Assembly: GCF_000737315.1 (NCBI RefSeq)
Contig: NZ_JMCB01000002.1
Coordinates: forward strand, 268,001 to 516,000
Direction: 5' to 3'
DNA length: 248,000 bases
Source of the DNA: Hyalangium minutum
GTDB lineage: Bacteria > Myxococcota > Myxococcia > Myxococcales > Myxococcaceae
This document shows, piece after piece, positions 1 to 10,051 of the stretch. The position numbers were made by a program, and so were the translations under genes. The notes beneath the pieces are model-generated. The model ran no database searches and was not told where the DNA came from. It saw only the letters and a program-made list of their open reading frames with translations. How positions within the stretch are numbered: position 1 is the stretch's first letter; the number at the start of each line of letters is the position of its first letter.

Positions 1-533
1 ACCTGCGTCCAGTCATCGCCTCGGGCAATCCGAGCGCCTACGGGAGCGAAGACGTCCCGGCCGTGGAAGGTGGAGGAGAGGCTCGGGGTGAGGTTCCACG
101 CGGAGTTCGTGAGGTGGCGGACCTCGGTGAGGCCCTCCTGGCGCTCGACGAGGGTGATCAGCCCGTTGTCCGGGAGAACGAAGTACTGGCCGCGCTTCGT
201 CTTTGCCACGATGGCGCGGCGATCGCTGCCCACGCCGGGGTCGATGACGGTGACGAACACGGTGCCCGCTGGGTAGTAGGGCGCGGTGCCGGCCAGGAAG
301 CGAGCGCCGTCCAGCACGGAGTAGGGCTCCACATCGTGGGACAGGTCGATGATCCGCAGCCGGGGCTCCAGGCCGAGCATGACGCCTTTGCAGATGGCCA
401 CCGAGTCGTCCCGCTGGCCAAAGTCCGTCATGAAGACGAGCGTGGGTTGCGCGGGGGCAGCGGGCTCTGCGGCGACGGCCTGAAGTGTGGCGAGGAGCGG
501 CAGGAGGAGGACGAGGCGGGAGGCCAGGGGCAT
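1..533 (-). CDS. SAM hydroxide adenosyltransferase / chlorinase-fluorinase family (DUF62); C-terminus runs off the window
   Basis: Manual reverse translation: signal-like N-terminus, then FMTDFGQRDDSVAICKGVM, TVFVTVIDPGVG, FVLPDNGL, STFHGRDVFAP motifs. Confidence 0.85.
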   Translation of the reverse strand, partial: MPLASRLVLLLPLLATLQAVAAEPAAPAQPTLVFMTDFGQRDDSVAICKGVMLGLEPRLRIIDLSHDVEPYSVLDGARFLAGTAPYYPAGTVFVTVIDPGVGSDRRAIVAKTKRGQYFVLPDNGLITLVERQEGLTEVRHLTNSAWNLTPSLSSTFHGRDVFAPVGARIARGDDWTQ

Positions 534-716
534 GGGGGCATTCTGATGGCCAATTCCTGGCATGGGAACACGTACTACTTGAGAGGGTAAACAGGAGACG
601 GCTTACCCAGGTAAACGAGAGGACGCGCCAGGAGTTCCTGAAATCTCCTCCTGACGCAGGCTACCGTGGACGGTAGTCTCACCCGCCCATCTCACCCTTC
701 GGGAGGACTCTTACCC

Positions 717-1532
717 ATGCGTTCCATGTTGGCCCTGGCCACGGCCGCGGCACTCGCCTCGGGCTGCGTCTCGCAGAGCAAGTACAACGAGCTGTCCGCC
801 GAGGCCGAGAACCTCGACAACCGCCTCAAGGAGGAGAAGGGCGCTCGCGAGCTGGCCGACGCCAAGCTGAAGGAACTGGAGGAGAAGAACGCCGCCCTCG
901 AGCGCGACAAGGAGGCCCTCACCTCCCGCCTCACCACCTCCGAGTCCCGCCTCACCGCCGCCGCCGCTGAGCGCCATGCCCTCGAGCAGAAGAACATCGA
1001 GCTCTCCGCCCTCAATGACGAACTGGCCAAGTCCACCCGCAGGCTCGCCGAGGCCAAAGAGGCCCTCGAGCAGAAGAGCGCCGAGTACGAGAACCTCGCC
1101 CAGAGCCTCAAGAAGGAGATCTCCGAGGGGAAGATCCAGCTCTCCGAGCTCCAGGGCCGGATGACCGTCCAGCTCAAGGACAAGATCCTCTTCGCCTCGG
1201 GCTCCACCCGCGTCAACAAAGAGGGTCAGGACGCCCTTGTGAAGATCGCCGACGCCCTGAAGACCGTGCAGGGCCGCATCATCCGCGTGGAGGGCCACAC
1301 CGACGACGTGCCCACCCCCAAGGACGGCCCGTTCCCCTCCAACTGGGAGCTCAGCCTCGCCCGCGCCATGGCCGTGGTGCGCGCCCTCCAGGACTCGGGC
1401 GTGGACCCCACGGTCCTCTCGGCCGCTGGCTACGGGCAGTACCAGCCCATTGTGCCCAACGACAGTGAGAAGAACCGCAGTCTCAACCGGCGCATTGAAA
1501 TCGTGCTCGCACCCAAAGCGGGAGGGCGTTAG
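717..1532 (+). CDS. OmpA/MotB-family lipoprotein with coiled coil
   Basis: Lipobox ALASGC; C-terminal VEGHTDDVP...NWELSLARA...NRRIEI. Confidence 0.9.
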   Translation: MRSMLALATAAALASGCVSQSKYNELSAEAENLDNRLKEEKGARELADAKLKELEEKNAALERDKEALTSRLTTSESRLTAAAAERHALEQKNIELSALNDELAKSTRRLAEAKEALEQKSAEYENLAQSLKKEISEGKIQLSELQGRMTVQLKDKILFASGSTRVNKEGQDALVKIADALKTVQGRIIRVEGHTDDVPTPKDGPFPSNWELSLARAMAVVRALQDSGVDPTVLSAAGYGQYQPIVPNDSEKNRSLNRRIEIVLAPKAGGR

Positions 1533-1541
1533 ACGGGGGGC

Positions 1542-4157
1542 GTGAAAACGCTCGCCTCCGTCCTTTGTGTCCTCGTGGTTACCGGGGCCATGGCTCAGGC
1601 CCCGGACGCCGGAACTCCCTCTCCCGACGCAGGCGCCCCCACGGGGGTGCTCACCAAGGCTCCCGTCCTCAAGCGTCAGGTCGAGGCGCAGTATCCCCCC
1701 GAAGCCCTCGCGCAGCAGCTCGAGGGCACGGTGGTCATGCTCATCGACATCTCCGAGGCTGGCGCCGTCACGGACGTTGAGGTGACGCAGCCCGCGGGCC
1801 ACGGCTTCGATGAGGCCGCCGTCGCCGCCGTGCGCCAGTTCGAGTTCGAACCCGCCGAGGTGGACAACGTCCCCGCCCCGGTGCGCATCGAGTACGCCTA
1901 TCAGTTCGTCTGGCGCGCCCCACCCCCACCTGAGGGCACCGAGCCCGGGAAGCCTCCGGAGGCCCCGGTGAACTTCAGCGGCCGCGCCCTGGAGCGAGGC
2001 ACCCGCCGCCCGCTTGCCGGCGCCGAGGTGGCCCTGCCCGAGCTGCAGCTCACCACCAGCACGAACGAGGAGGGCCGCTTCTCCTTCCGAGGCGTCCCCG
2101 TGGGCAACCACGAGGTGCTCGTCATCCTCAGCGGGTACGACCGGTTCCGCACCCGGGAGACCATCGCCGAGGGCCAGGAGACGCAGGCCACGTACTACGT
2201 CCAGAGGCGCATCTTCAGCCAGTTCGAGACGGTGGTGCGCAGCGAGCGCGAGCGCAAGGAGGTGACGCGCACCACGCTCCAGGTGGCCGAGATTCAGAAG
2301 GTGCCAGGCACCCAGGGCGACACGCTCAAGGTGGTGCAGAACCTGCCCGGCGTGGCGCGGCCCGCGTTCAACGGCGGCCAGCTCGTCATCCGCGGCACCA
2401 GCCCGAATGACTCGGGTGTGTTCCTCGACGGGCAGCGCATTCCGCTGCTGTACCACTTCGGTGGCTTGACCTCCGTGTACAACTCGGAGCTGCTGGACTC
2501 GCTGGACTACCTGCCCGGCAACTTCTCTTCCTACTTCGGCAACGTCACCGGCGGCGTCATCAACGTGCGCAGCCGCGCCCCGAAGATGGACCGCTTCCAT
2601 GGCACCGTGGGCGTCAACCTCGTCGAGTCCAACGCCGTGCTCGAGGGCCCCATCACCGAGAACCTGGGCATCGCCGTGGCCGGCCGGCGCTCCTACGTGG
2701 ACCTGGTGCTCAAGCTGGTCCCCGAGAACGAGGACGGCCCCTCCATCCAGGTGGCCCCGCGCTACTACGACGCCCAGCTGAAGCTGAACTGGACACCCAG
2801 CAAGCGGCACACCTTCACTCTCCAGGGGCTCACCTCCAATGACACGCTGGGGCTGGTGTTCGACCGGCCCGCGGACCAGGACCCGAGCGTCAACGGCGAC
2901 TTCGAAGTGACGACCGGCTTCAACCAGCTGCGGCTCGGCCACCAGTACAAGGGCGGCGCGCTCACCGTGGAGAGCCAGGGCATGGTGGGCAACACGAAGA
3001 TCGAGTTCACCCTGGGCGATCGCTACCTGCGCATCAACGCGCTGGACTTGGATCTGCGCTCCACCGCCGAGTACACCCTCAGCGAGGCGCTCACCCTGGC
3101 TGCTGGGTTGGACATCCAGTACGCCGACGCCAGCGTGAGGGCGCGCGTGCAGGCTCCGCCTCGCGAGGGCGAGCCCGCGGGCCCGTTGGTGAACGAGGAG
3201 ATCATCACCGCGGACGCGGACTCCTATCAATACTACCCGGGCATCTGGGCCGAGGCGCGTTGGCGCCCGTTCAAGGAACTGCTCGTGGTGCCGGGCCTGC
3301 GCAGCGAGAGCTACCTCTTCGGAGAGCAGAAGGTGAACAAGCGCTCGCTCAACCCACGGCTGGCGGTGCGCTACTCGCTCACGGAGCAGGTGACGCTCAA
3401 GGGAGGCGCGGGCCTGTACCACGGGCCTCCGGCCCAGGAAGAGCCCAACAGCACCTTTGGCAACCCGGAGCTGAAGGCCAAGCGCTCCATCCAGTACAGC
3501 GTGGGCTCCGAGTGGCAGCCCACCCCTGAGTACTTCATCAGCGGCGAGCTCTTCTACAATGACTTGAGCCGCCTCATCGTCAGCTCGGACCGGCTGGTGG
3601 AGCGGGACGGGCAGTTGGTGCCCGAGCGGCTGACCAACGCGGGCACCGGCCGCATCTATGGCTTCGAGCTGCTGGCCCGCCGTGCCCTCACCGAGCGGTT
3701 CTTCGGGTGGGTGGCCTATACCTTCAGCAAGAGCCAGCGGCGGGACAAGCCGGACGCGGCGCTGCGCCTGTTCGACAACGACCAGACGCACGTGCTCACG
3801 GTGATTGGCAGCTACAAGCTGCCCGCGGGCTGGGAGGTGGGCGCGCGCTTCCGCTTCTCCTCGGGCAACCCGCTCACGCCCATCGTCGGCGCCCGAAGGG
3901 ATGACAACACGGATGTCTTCATTCCCGTGTTCGGGCCGGTGAACTCGCAGCGGCTGCCCAACTTCAACCAGTTGGACATCCGCGTGGACAAGAACTTCAT
4001 CTTCGACCAGTGGAGCCTGGATCTCTACGTGGACCTGACCAACGTCTATAACAACCCGGCGAAGGAAGGCCTCCTCTACAACTACAACTACTCCGAGTCG
4101 GCCTTCCTGGAGGGCCTGCCCATCCTGCCGATTTTCGGCGCCAAGGGGAGCTTCTGA
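1542..4157 (+). CDS. TonB-dependent receptor with fused N-terminal TonB-C and carboxypeptidase-regulatory-like domains
   Basis: YPPEA...FDEAAVAAVRQFEFEPA (TonB-C), plug region LPGVAR, terminal Phe. Confidence 0.85.
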   Translation: MKTLASVLCVLVVTGAMAQAPDAGTPSPDAGAPTGVLTKAPVLKRQVEAQYPPEALAQQLEGTVVMLIDISEAGAVTDVEVTQPAGHGFDEAAVAAVRQFEFEPAEVDNVPAPVRIEYAYQFVWRAPPPPEGTEPGKPPEAPVNFSGRALERGTRRPLAGAEVALPELQLTTSTNEEGRFSFRGVPVGNHEVLVILSGYDRFRTRETIAEGQETQATYYVQRRIFSQFETVVRSERERKEVTRTTLQVAEIQKVPGTQGDTLKVVQNLPGVARPAFNGGQLVIRGTSPNDSGVFLDGQRIPLLYHFGGLTSVYNSELLDSLDYLPGNFSSYFGNVTGGVINVRSRAPKMDRFHGTVGVNLVESNAVLEGPITENLGIAVAGRRSYVDLVLKLVPENEDGPSIQVAPRYYDAQLKLNWTPSKRHTFTLQGLTSNDTLGLVFDRPADQDPSVNGDFEVTTGFNQLRLGHQYKGGALTVESQGMVGNTKIEFTLGDRYLRINALDLDLRSTAEYTLSEALTLAAGLDIQYADASVRARVQAPPREGEPAGPLVNEEIITADADSYQYYPGIWAEARWRPFKELLVVPGLRSESYLFGEQKVNKRSLNPRLAVRYSLTEQVTLKGGAGLYHGPPAQEEPNSTFGNPELKAKRSIQYSVGSEWQPTPEYFISGELFYNDLSRLIVSSDRLVERDGQLVPERLTNAGTGRIYGFELLARRALTERFFGWVAYTFSKSQRRDKPDAALRLFDNDQTHVLTVIGSYKLPAGWEVGARFRFSSGNPLTPIVGARRDDNTDVFIPVFGPVNSQRLPNFNQLDIRVDKNFIFDQWSLDLYVDLTNVYNNPAKEGLLYNYNYSESAFLEGLPILPIFGAKGSF

Positions 4158-4158
4158 C

Positions 4159-5034
4159 ATGCGCGCGCCTGTTCTTCTCTGCCTGTCCCTGGCGGTGGCC
4201 GCTTGCGGCCCGGAGTTCGAGCTCCAGCAGGAGATCCGCCGTGTCCGCGTGCTGGCCATCAAGGCCGAGCCCGCCGAGATCACCTTCGATCCGGATGCGC
4301 CCGCGCTGCCGCCGCCCGTGGTGTTCAGCGCGCTCGCGGTGGCTCCGGACGAGCGCGACATCGGCGTGACGCTCGCGCTCTGCCGGCCGGGCAATGCCTA
4401 CAGCAGTGAGCTGGAGTGCCCCGGCAAGGATGGCGCAACGCTGCCTCAGGGCGAGCTGTCGCTGCTCGACCCCAACGTGCAGCAGATCCTCCAGGAAACC
4501 GCCGAGGCGGGCGGGGGCGGGGGAGATGGAGGGAGTCTGGACCTCAATGATCCGCAGACGCGCGCCGTGCTGGAGAAGGGCGTGCCGCTCTTCATCGGCT
4601 ACAAGGCCAGCGATGGCTCGGAGACGCCCGAGGGTACGGAAGAGGGCGTGCGCCGGCTGACGCTGAAGCTCACGGCCACGCCCAACCAGAACCCGCGCAT
4701 GGCGGACATCCTCCTGAACGATGCGCCGCTCGCGGGCCCGCTGCCGCTGAGCACCGAGCTGGTGCTCCGGCCGCAGCTCGCCGAGGGCAGCCTGGAGCAG
4801 TACGAGGCGGAGGACGGGCCTCGGACGGAGCAGGTCTTCTACAGCTGGTTCGCCACCGGAGACGGTGAGGTGAAGCAGCTGCGCTCCCTGGAGCCGGTGG
4901 ATGGCAAGCCCGGCGAGCCCACCATCCAGTACGTCACGCCCAGCACGCCCCAGCGTGTGACGATCTACGTGGTGGCCCGGGATGGCCGGGGCGGTGTGGA
5001 CTGGCTGTCGCGCACGCTCGACGTCGGGCCCTGA
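4159..5034 (+). CDS. Lipoprotein co-transcribed with the TonB-dependent receptor
   Basis: Lipobox VAAC; starts 1 bp after the receptor stop. Confidence 0.7.
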   Translation: MRAPVLLCLSLAVAACGPEFELQQEIRRVRVLAIKAEPAEITFDPDAPALPPPVVFSALAVAPDERDIGVTLALCRPGNAYSSELECPGKDGATLPQGELSLLDPNVQQILQETAEAGGGGGDGGSLDLNDPQTRAVLEKGVPLFIGYKASDGSETPEGTEEGVRRLTLKLTATPNQNPRMADILLNDAPLAGPLPLSTELVLRPQLAEGSLEQYEAEDGPRTEQVFYSWFATGDGEVKQLRSLEPVDGKPGEPTIQYVTPSTPQRVTIYVVARDGRGGVDWLSRTLDVGP

Positions 5035-5035
5035 C

Positions 5036-6310
5036 TCAGGCTCCAGCGGGCTCGGGCCTCTGCAGCGCGGCGGAGGCCCGGCCGAGACCCTCGGCCACCG
5101 AGGTGAAGGCGTCCGCTGTCCTCACGCGCTCCTCGCCAAAGCGGTCCACGTAGAGCTTCCGCACGGCGGGGATCTGCGACGAGCCGCCCGTGAGGAACAC
5201 CGCGTCGATCTCTCCCGCGCCCTGGCACCGGTCCAGCAGCCCCTGTGTCACCTGCTCCAGCTCGGTGAGCAGTGGCTGGCAGAAGGTGTCGAACTCGGCG
5301 CGGGTGATGCGCTCGTGCACGTTGATGCGCGCCTCCTCGAAGTCCAGCGTGGCCTCCTCGGCTTGGGAGAGCCGGACCTTCACCGCCTCGATGGCCCGGA
5401 AGAGCCGGTAGCCCAGGTTCTCCATCACCAGGTCGTACAGGGCCTCGGCCGTCTCCGGCTTTTCGCTGGACTCCAGCATCAGCTCCAGCAGTTCCTGCGT
5501 GGACTTCTCCCGGACGAACGACATCTCGTGCCAGGAGAGCAGCTTGGCCATCACGTGCTGTGGCACCGGCAGCCGCTTGTCCGTGAAGCCTCGTACCTTG
5601 TACGTGGTGCCCGCACCGAACCACGGCAGCAGCTTGTGGCGCATGATCTCCGCGTCGAACCGGTCACCGCCGATCCGCACGCCCGTGGAGCCCACCACGT
5701 CCGGCTTGCGGTCCAGCTTCCCTCGCCGCGAGGGCCCCAGCCGCATCAGCGTCAGGTCCGTGGTGCCCGCGCCGAAGTCCGCCACCAGCACCAGCTCGTC
5801 CCGCGACAGCTGGGCCTCGTAGGCGAGCGCCGCGGCGATGGGCTCGATGAGGAACTGGATGTGCGTGAAGCCCGCCAGCTCCGCTGCCTTGCGCAGCCGC
5901 TGCTCGGCCAGCGTGTCCGCCTCGGGATCCGGCGAGAAGAGGGCCGGGCGTCCCAGCATGACCGCGTCGGGAGGGCTGCCCAGCTGCGTGCCGGCGGCCT
6001 CTCGCACCCGGCGCAGCAGCACTGCCACCAGCTCCTCGATGGTCCACGTGCGGCCGTGCACCTGCGTCGCTCGGAACGAGCGGCTGTGCAGGAAGGACTT
6101 CACCGATTGGATGAAGCGCCCCGCGTTGTCCTCCAAATAGCGGGTGATGGCTTGCTCTCCGGCGTGGGTGGTGCGCTCGTCCTCTGGGAAGAAGAGCACC
6201 GAGCGGAAGAGGCGAGGCTCGGAGGTCCCCAGGGCGATGGGCAGCACCCGTCCATCCGGCAGGGCCGCCGCCGTGTTGCTCGTTCCGAAGTCGAGTCCGC
6301 AGACGTGCAT
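5036..6310 (-). CDS. Hsp70-family protein (YegD-like)
   Basis: GLDFGTSNT, EPIAAAL, DFGAGTTD, LTGGSSQIP. Confidence 0.9.
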   Translation of the reverse strand: MHVCGLDFGTSNTAAALPDGRVLPIALGTSEPRLFRSVLFFPEDERTTHAGEQAITRYLEDNAGRFIQSVKSFLHSRSFRATQVHGRTWTIEELVAVLLRRVREAAGTQLGSPPDAVMLGRPALFSPDPEADTLAEQRLRKAAELAGFTHIQFLIEPIAAALAYEAQLSRDELVLVADFGAGTTDLTLMRLGPSRRGKLDRKPDVVGSTGVRIGGDRFDAEIMRHKLLPWFGAGTTYKVRGFTDKRLPVPQHVMAKLLSWHEMSFVREKSTQELLELMLESSEKPETAEALYDLVMENLGYRLFRAIEAVKVRLSQAEEATLDFEEARINVHERITRAEFDTFCQPLLTELEQVTQGLLDRCQGAGEIDAVFLTGGSSQIPAVRKLYVDRFGEERVRTADAFTSVAEGLGRASAALQRPEPAGA

Positions 6311-6461
6311 GGCTTCGGGAGATACCGCTGAACCGGGCGGGGCGGTAGCGCCTTCTCGGGTGGCGGCCGGAAGAGCGTGCCCTGGCGCTACGAGCGGCTC
6401 GGGTTGGCGCTCGCAAGGGACTCTCCATCTTTTCTCTGTCTCGTTCACGACAGGAGAGAAC

Positions 6462-7268
6462 ATGAGAATCGGCGCAGGAGGGTGGTCCCTCGGGCTGGCT
6501 GCCTTGCTCCTCACGGCAGGGTGCAAGGAAGGCCGTCCAGTGAGCGGACAAAAACAGGGGGAGCAGGTCTCGGCGGCTCAAGCCGTGGAGCAGGCCCAGA
6601 AGCAGTCCGAGCAGGCCTTCAACCAGGCGAAGGACGCTCAGCGAAAGGCCTCGGAGGAGCAGCGCGATACCGCTCAGGCCCAACGGAATCTGCAGGAGGC
6701 CCAGAAGGACCTGACGAAGGCCCAGGCTCAGGTTCAGAAGGAGGGCAAGGAGGCGCAACAGGCCCAGCAGCAGGCCCAGCAGCAGACGGAGCAGGCCGAG
6801 CAGACGGCAGCCCATGCTCAGCAGAACGCGCTCGAGGCGCAGCGTCAGCAGCAGGCGGAGTTGGCACGGCAAGCCCAGCAGCAAGCCCAGCAGCAGACGG
6901 AGCAGGCCCAGCAACAGGCGCAGGCGTCTTCCGCCCCGAGTCCCGCCACCCAGGCGCAGGGTGAGCAGCTCATCGTCGGCGAGGTCCTCACGGTCAATGA
7001 TCGCGAGGTGCTGGTCAGCAGCCGCGGCGAGCCGCAGATCCGGCTCCAGGTGCAGCCCGGGACGGTGATCACCGTGGATGGCCGCACGGCCCGCGCCGCG
7101 GACATCGAGGAGGGCAGCCAGGTGCGTGCCTCCTACAACACCCAGGCCGGTGAGCCGACCGCGACCCGCATCGAGGTGACCACCTCGCGGCAGCCCGCGA
7201 TGCCCGCCGTACCCGAGAGTGGCCAGTCCGCGCCGGGAGCCCAGCCGGAGCGCCTTCCGCAGAACTGA
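6462..7268 (+). CDS. Gln/Ala-rich coiled-coil lipoprotein
   Basis: Lipobox LTAGC; long QA-rich repeats; small beta-rich C-terminal domain. Confidence 0.65.
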   Translation: MRIGAGGWSLGLAALLLTAGCKEGRPVSGQKQGEQVSAAQAVEQAQKQSEQAFNQAKDAQRKASEEQRDTAQAQRNLQEAQKDLTKAQAQVQKEGKEAQQAQQQAQQQTEQAEQTAAHAQQNALEAQRQQQAELARQAQQQAQQQTEQAQQQAQASSAPSPATQAQGEQLIVGEVLTVNDREVLVSSRGEPQIRLQVQPGTVITVDGRTARAADIEEGSQVRASYNTQAGEPTATRIEVTTSRQPAMPAVPESGQSAPGAQPERLPQN

Positions 7269-7350
7269 GCAGGGAAGGTGGGGCAAGACAGCTGGGGCAG
7301 CCGGTGGAGGCTGCTCTGGCTGCCCGTGCCAATGCTCGCGGTGGAGGAGC

Positions 7351-7878
7351 TCAGCCCAGCTGGTGCTCGAGGATCAGCTTCTCTGCTTCCGCGGGACCCT
7401 TCCAGCCCAGGATGCGAGCGTCCTTGTCCGTGAAGGCCACCACGGTGAGGAAGAAGTGCTGCAGCTCGTCCCGCTCCCTGCGGGAGAGATCCTCGTGGTT
7501 GCGCAGGTGCTCGGCCCGAAGCGCGGCCACGGGCACCATGAGGAGCCGGTCATTGCGCTCGCGCCCCTTGCCCCGCTTCTTCTTCTCGTCCACGAGGAGC
7601 ACGCCGAGCGGGCGGCATGGAATCACCACCCCGGGCCATGTGGCCAGGTCCCAGTAAACCAGCGCATCCAACGGGTCGCCGTCCGGTCCCTTCGTGCTGG
7701 GGATGAAGCCCCAGTCAAAGGGGTAGCGAAGCCCCTGCGTCAGCGGGCGGCCCACGGTGAAGATCCCCAGCTCCGGTTCGTACTTCAGCTTTACCGTGGA
7801 GCCTCGGGGGGACTCGACAACGACGTGGAAGGAGTCCTTCTTTCCACGCAGGGGCAGCCGCGTGAGATCCGGGCTCAT
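7351..7878 (-). CDS. ppa: Inorganic pyrophosphatase (family I)
   Basis: VESPRGS..KLKY, YPFDWGFIPST...DGDPLD. Confidence 0.85.
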   Translation of the reverse strand: MSPDLTRLPLRGKKDSFHVVVESPRGSTVKLKYEPELGIFTVGRPLTQGLRYPFDWGFIPSTKGPDGDPLDALVYWDLATWPGVVIPCRPLGVLLVDEKKKRGKGRERNDRLLMVPVAALRAEHLRNHEDLSRRERDELQHFFLTVVAFTDKDARILGWKGPAEAEKLILEHQLG

Positions 7879-8336
7879 ACGGTGCGGGTGGCGCGGGCGG
7901 CGCTCAGGCCTCCGAGGAGATACCAGGCCACGGTGAGCAGCGCGGTGGAGCGCTTCGCCCGCCTCGGGCTCCGGCCCAGGCCGAGAAAGGGTGGGAGCAG
8001 CACCGCGCCCACGCCCGCGAGCGTTCCGAGAAGCACGCCGCGCAGGTAGGGACGGCGCGGGCGGCCCAGAGCCACGAGCGCGTAAAAGAGAGAGTTGCTG
8101 ATGATGTCGCCCACCAGGGCCTGCCGGTGCAGCCGCCGCCCATGGCTGGGGCGGACGCCGAACCAACGGAGCCCCTTCTTCAGCGAGCGCTTGCCGAGCA
8201 CATCCATCCGGGGCGGGTGCGAGAGCACTCGGCGCGCGCCCTCGTGGATCAGCGTGACGGAGAGCGCGCCTGCGAGGCCAGGGCCTAGCGCACTCAGGAA
8301 GCGGCGGGACTCAGGGACAGTTTGGATTTCGCTCAC
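7875..8336 (-). CDS. Small membrane protein
   Basis: Hydrophobic segments; overlaps ppa start; GTG start inferred. Confidence 0.55.
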   Translation of the reverse strand: MSEIQTVPESRRFLSALGPGLAGALSVTLIHEGARRVLSHPPRMDVLGKRSLKKGLRWFGVRPSHGRRLHRQALVGDIISNSLFYALVALGRPRRPYLRGVLLGTLAGVGAVLLPPFLGLGRSPRRAKRSTALLTVAWYLLGGLSAARATRTV

Positions 8337-8483
8337 GAGAACCTCCTGGAGAGAGGTGGGCACGGCAGGGCCGTGGAGCCAGGCACCTCTCAGGGAATTC
8401 CCGTCACGCTTGCGCTTGCCCGCTTGGTGGGCACGCATCCCGAGGAGGCTCTCGCTGGAGGCCTCCCCGGAGACATCCGCGCT

Positions 8484-9107
8484 TCAGCGCTGGATGTCCG
8501 GAACCTTCATGCCCTTCTGAACCGCCGGACGAGCGCCCACGCGCTCCAGCCACTGGGCGACGCCCGACAGCGAGGCGAAGGCGTCCGGCAGGACGTTCTT
8601 GAACGCCGCCACCCAGGGATACAGGGCGACGTCCGCGATGGAGTACTCCGCCGCGAAGTAGTCATGGCTGCTCAGGTGGCGATTCATCACGCCCAGCAGC
8701 CGCTTGGACTCATTGCGGTAGCGCTCGAGGGCGAGGGGCACCGGCTGCGGCGCCATGCGCGTGAAGTAGTTGACCTGGCCGAACATCGGGCCCACGCCGC
8801 CCATCTGGAACATCAGCCACTGGAGGACCTCGGCCTTGCGCACCGCATCCGAGGGCATCAGCTTGCCCGTCTTCTCCGCCAGATAGATGAGGATGGCGCC
8901 GGACTCGAACACCTTCAGGCCGCCCGGCACGTCGTGGTCCACGATGGCGGGGATCTTGTTGTTCGGGTTGATGGCGAGGAACTCGGGCTTGAACTGCTCG
9001 CCCTTGGAGATGTCCACCACATGGGTGGTGTAGGGCAGCTTCAGCTCCTCCAGGGCGATGGAGACCTTGCGGCCATTGGGCGTCGCGAACGTGTACAAGT
9101 CGATCAT
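8484..9107 (-). CDS. Glutathione S-transferase (YfcG/YghU-like)
   Basis: TPNGRKVSI, INPNNKIPAI, FESGAIL. Confidence 0.9.
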   Translation of the reverse strand: MIDLYTFATPNGRKVSIALEELKLPYTTHVVDISKGEQFKPEFLAINPNNKIPAIVDHDVPGGLKVFESGAILIYLAEKTGKLMPSDAVRKAEVLQWLMFQMGGVGPMFGQVNYFTRMAPQPVPLALERYRNESKRLLGVMNRHLSSHDYFAAEYSIADVALYPWVAAFKNVLPDAFASLSGVAQWLERVGARPAVQKGMKVPDIQR

Positions 9108-9970
9108 GCTTTCACTCCCGTGAGCTCCTCGCTCACCTGCCAGAGCCGCTCCGCGAACTGCTCATTCCGTGCGTCGCTGGAAGGCTTCTTCGGGCGGCAT
9201 TTGATGAAGTACTGACCGGACACTCCCTCGACTTCGGGCGAGGACGCCAAGTACACCGACGTGCGTGCGCCCTGCTCCGCGGTGAGGAAGAAGGCTGCGA
9301 AGGCCTGCACCGCGAAGCGCATCCACCCCTGCGTGTTCTGGCCAAAGCCTGTGCGGACCACGCCCGGGTGAAGGGTGTTCGTCGTCAACTGGGTGCCTTG
9401 GAGCCTGCGGGCCAGCGCCTGGGTGAAGAGGATGTTGGCCAGCTTCGACGTGCCGTACACGCGCATCATCGCGTACGAGCGCTCGCTCTGCAGATCATTG
9501 AAGTCGAGCTTCCCGTAGCGGTGCGCCTCGGAGGAGACGTTCACCACGCGCGCCGGGCCGCTGGCCTTGAGCACATCCATCAGAAGGTGGGTGAGGAGGA
9601 AGGGCGCGAGGTGGTTGATGCCGAACGTGGCCTCGAAGCCATCCTTCGTCACCTGGCGCTCGTGCAGGACGAGTCCCGCGTTGTTGAGCAGCACGTCCAG
9701 CCGCGAGTAGCGGGCCTTGAAGGCCTCGGCGAGCGCGCGCACGTCCTGCAGGGAGGCGAAGTCCGCCTGGAGCGACTCCACCTTCGCGTCCGGGGTGGCG
9801 TGGCGTACCGTGATGAGCGCGGTCTCGAGCCGTCCCTTGTCCCGGCCTGCGAGCACCACGGTGGCGCCCTGGGCCGCCAGGGCTTTGGCCGCCTCCAGTC
9901 CGATGCCATTGGTGGCCCCCGTGACGAGGCACACCTTTCCATCCATTCGTGCGGCGGGTGTCATGGGCAC
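9104..9970 (-). CDS. SDR oxidoreductase (retinol dehydrogenase-like)
   Basis: TGATNGIG, NNAG, YGTSK. Confidence 0.9.
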   Translation of the reverse strand: MPMTPAARMDGKVCLVTGATNGIGLEAAKALAAQGATVVLAGRDKGRLETALITVRHATPDAKVESLQADFASLQDVRALAEAFKARYSRLDVLLNNAGLVLHERQVTKDGFEATFGINHLAPFLLTHLLMDVLKASGPARVVNVSSEAHRYGKLDFNDLQSERSYAMMRVYGTSKLANILFTQALARRLQGTQLTTNTLHPGVVRTGFGQNTQGWMRFAVQAFAAFFLTAEQGARTSVYLASSPEVEGVSGQYFIKCRPKKPSSDARNEQFAERLWQVSEELTGVKA

Positions 9971-10051
9971 TCCCTCCTGGGTGTCCGATGAGACCGCCTT
10001 GTATATGACGGAGCCCAGCGGCGCGCTTGGAGGAAAGTGCGGGACCGGTGC

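Noticed and set aside
711-4394. 1227-aa minus-strand ORF, and many similar long antisense ORFs (e.g. 137940..140924, 181846..184542, 89123..91900)
   Set aside because: They are shadow frames opposite well-supported genes, expected at about 70% GC, with no recognisable motifs.
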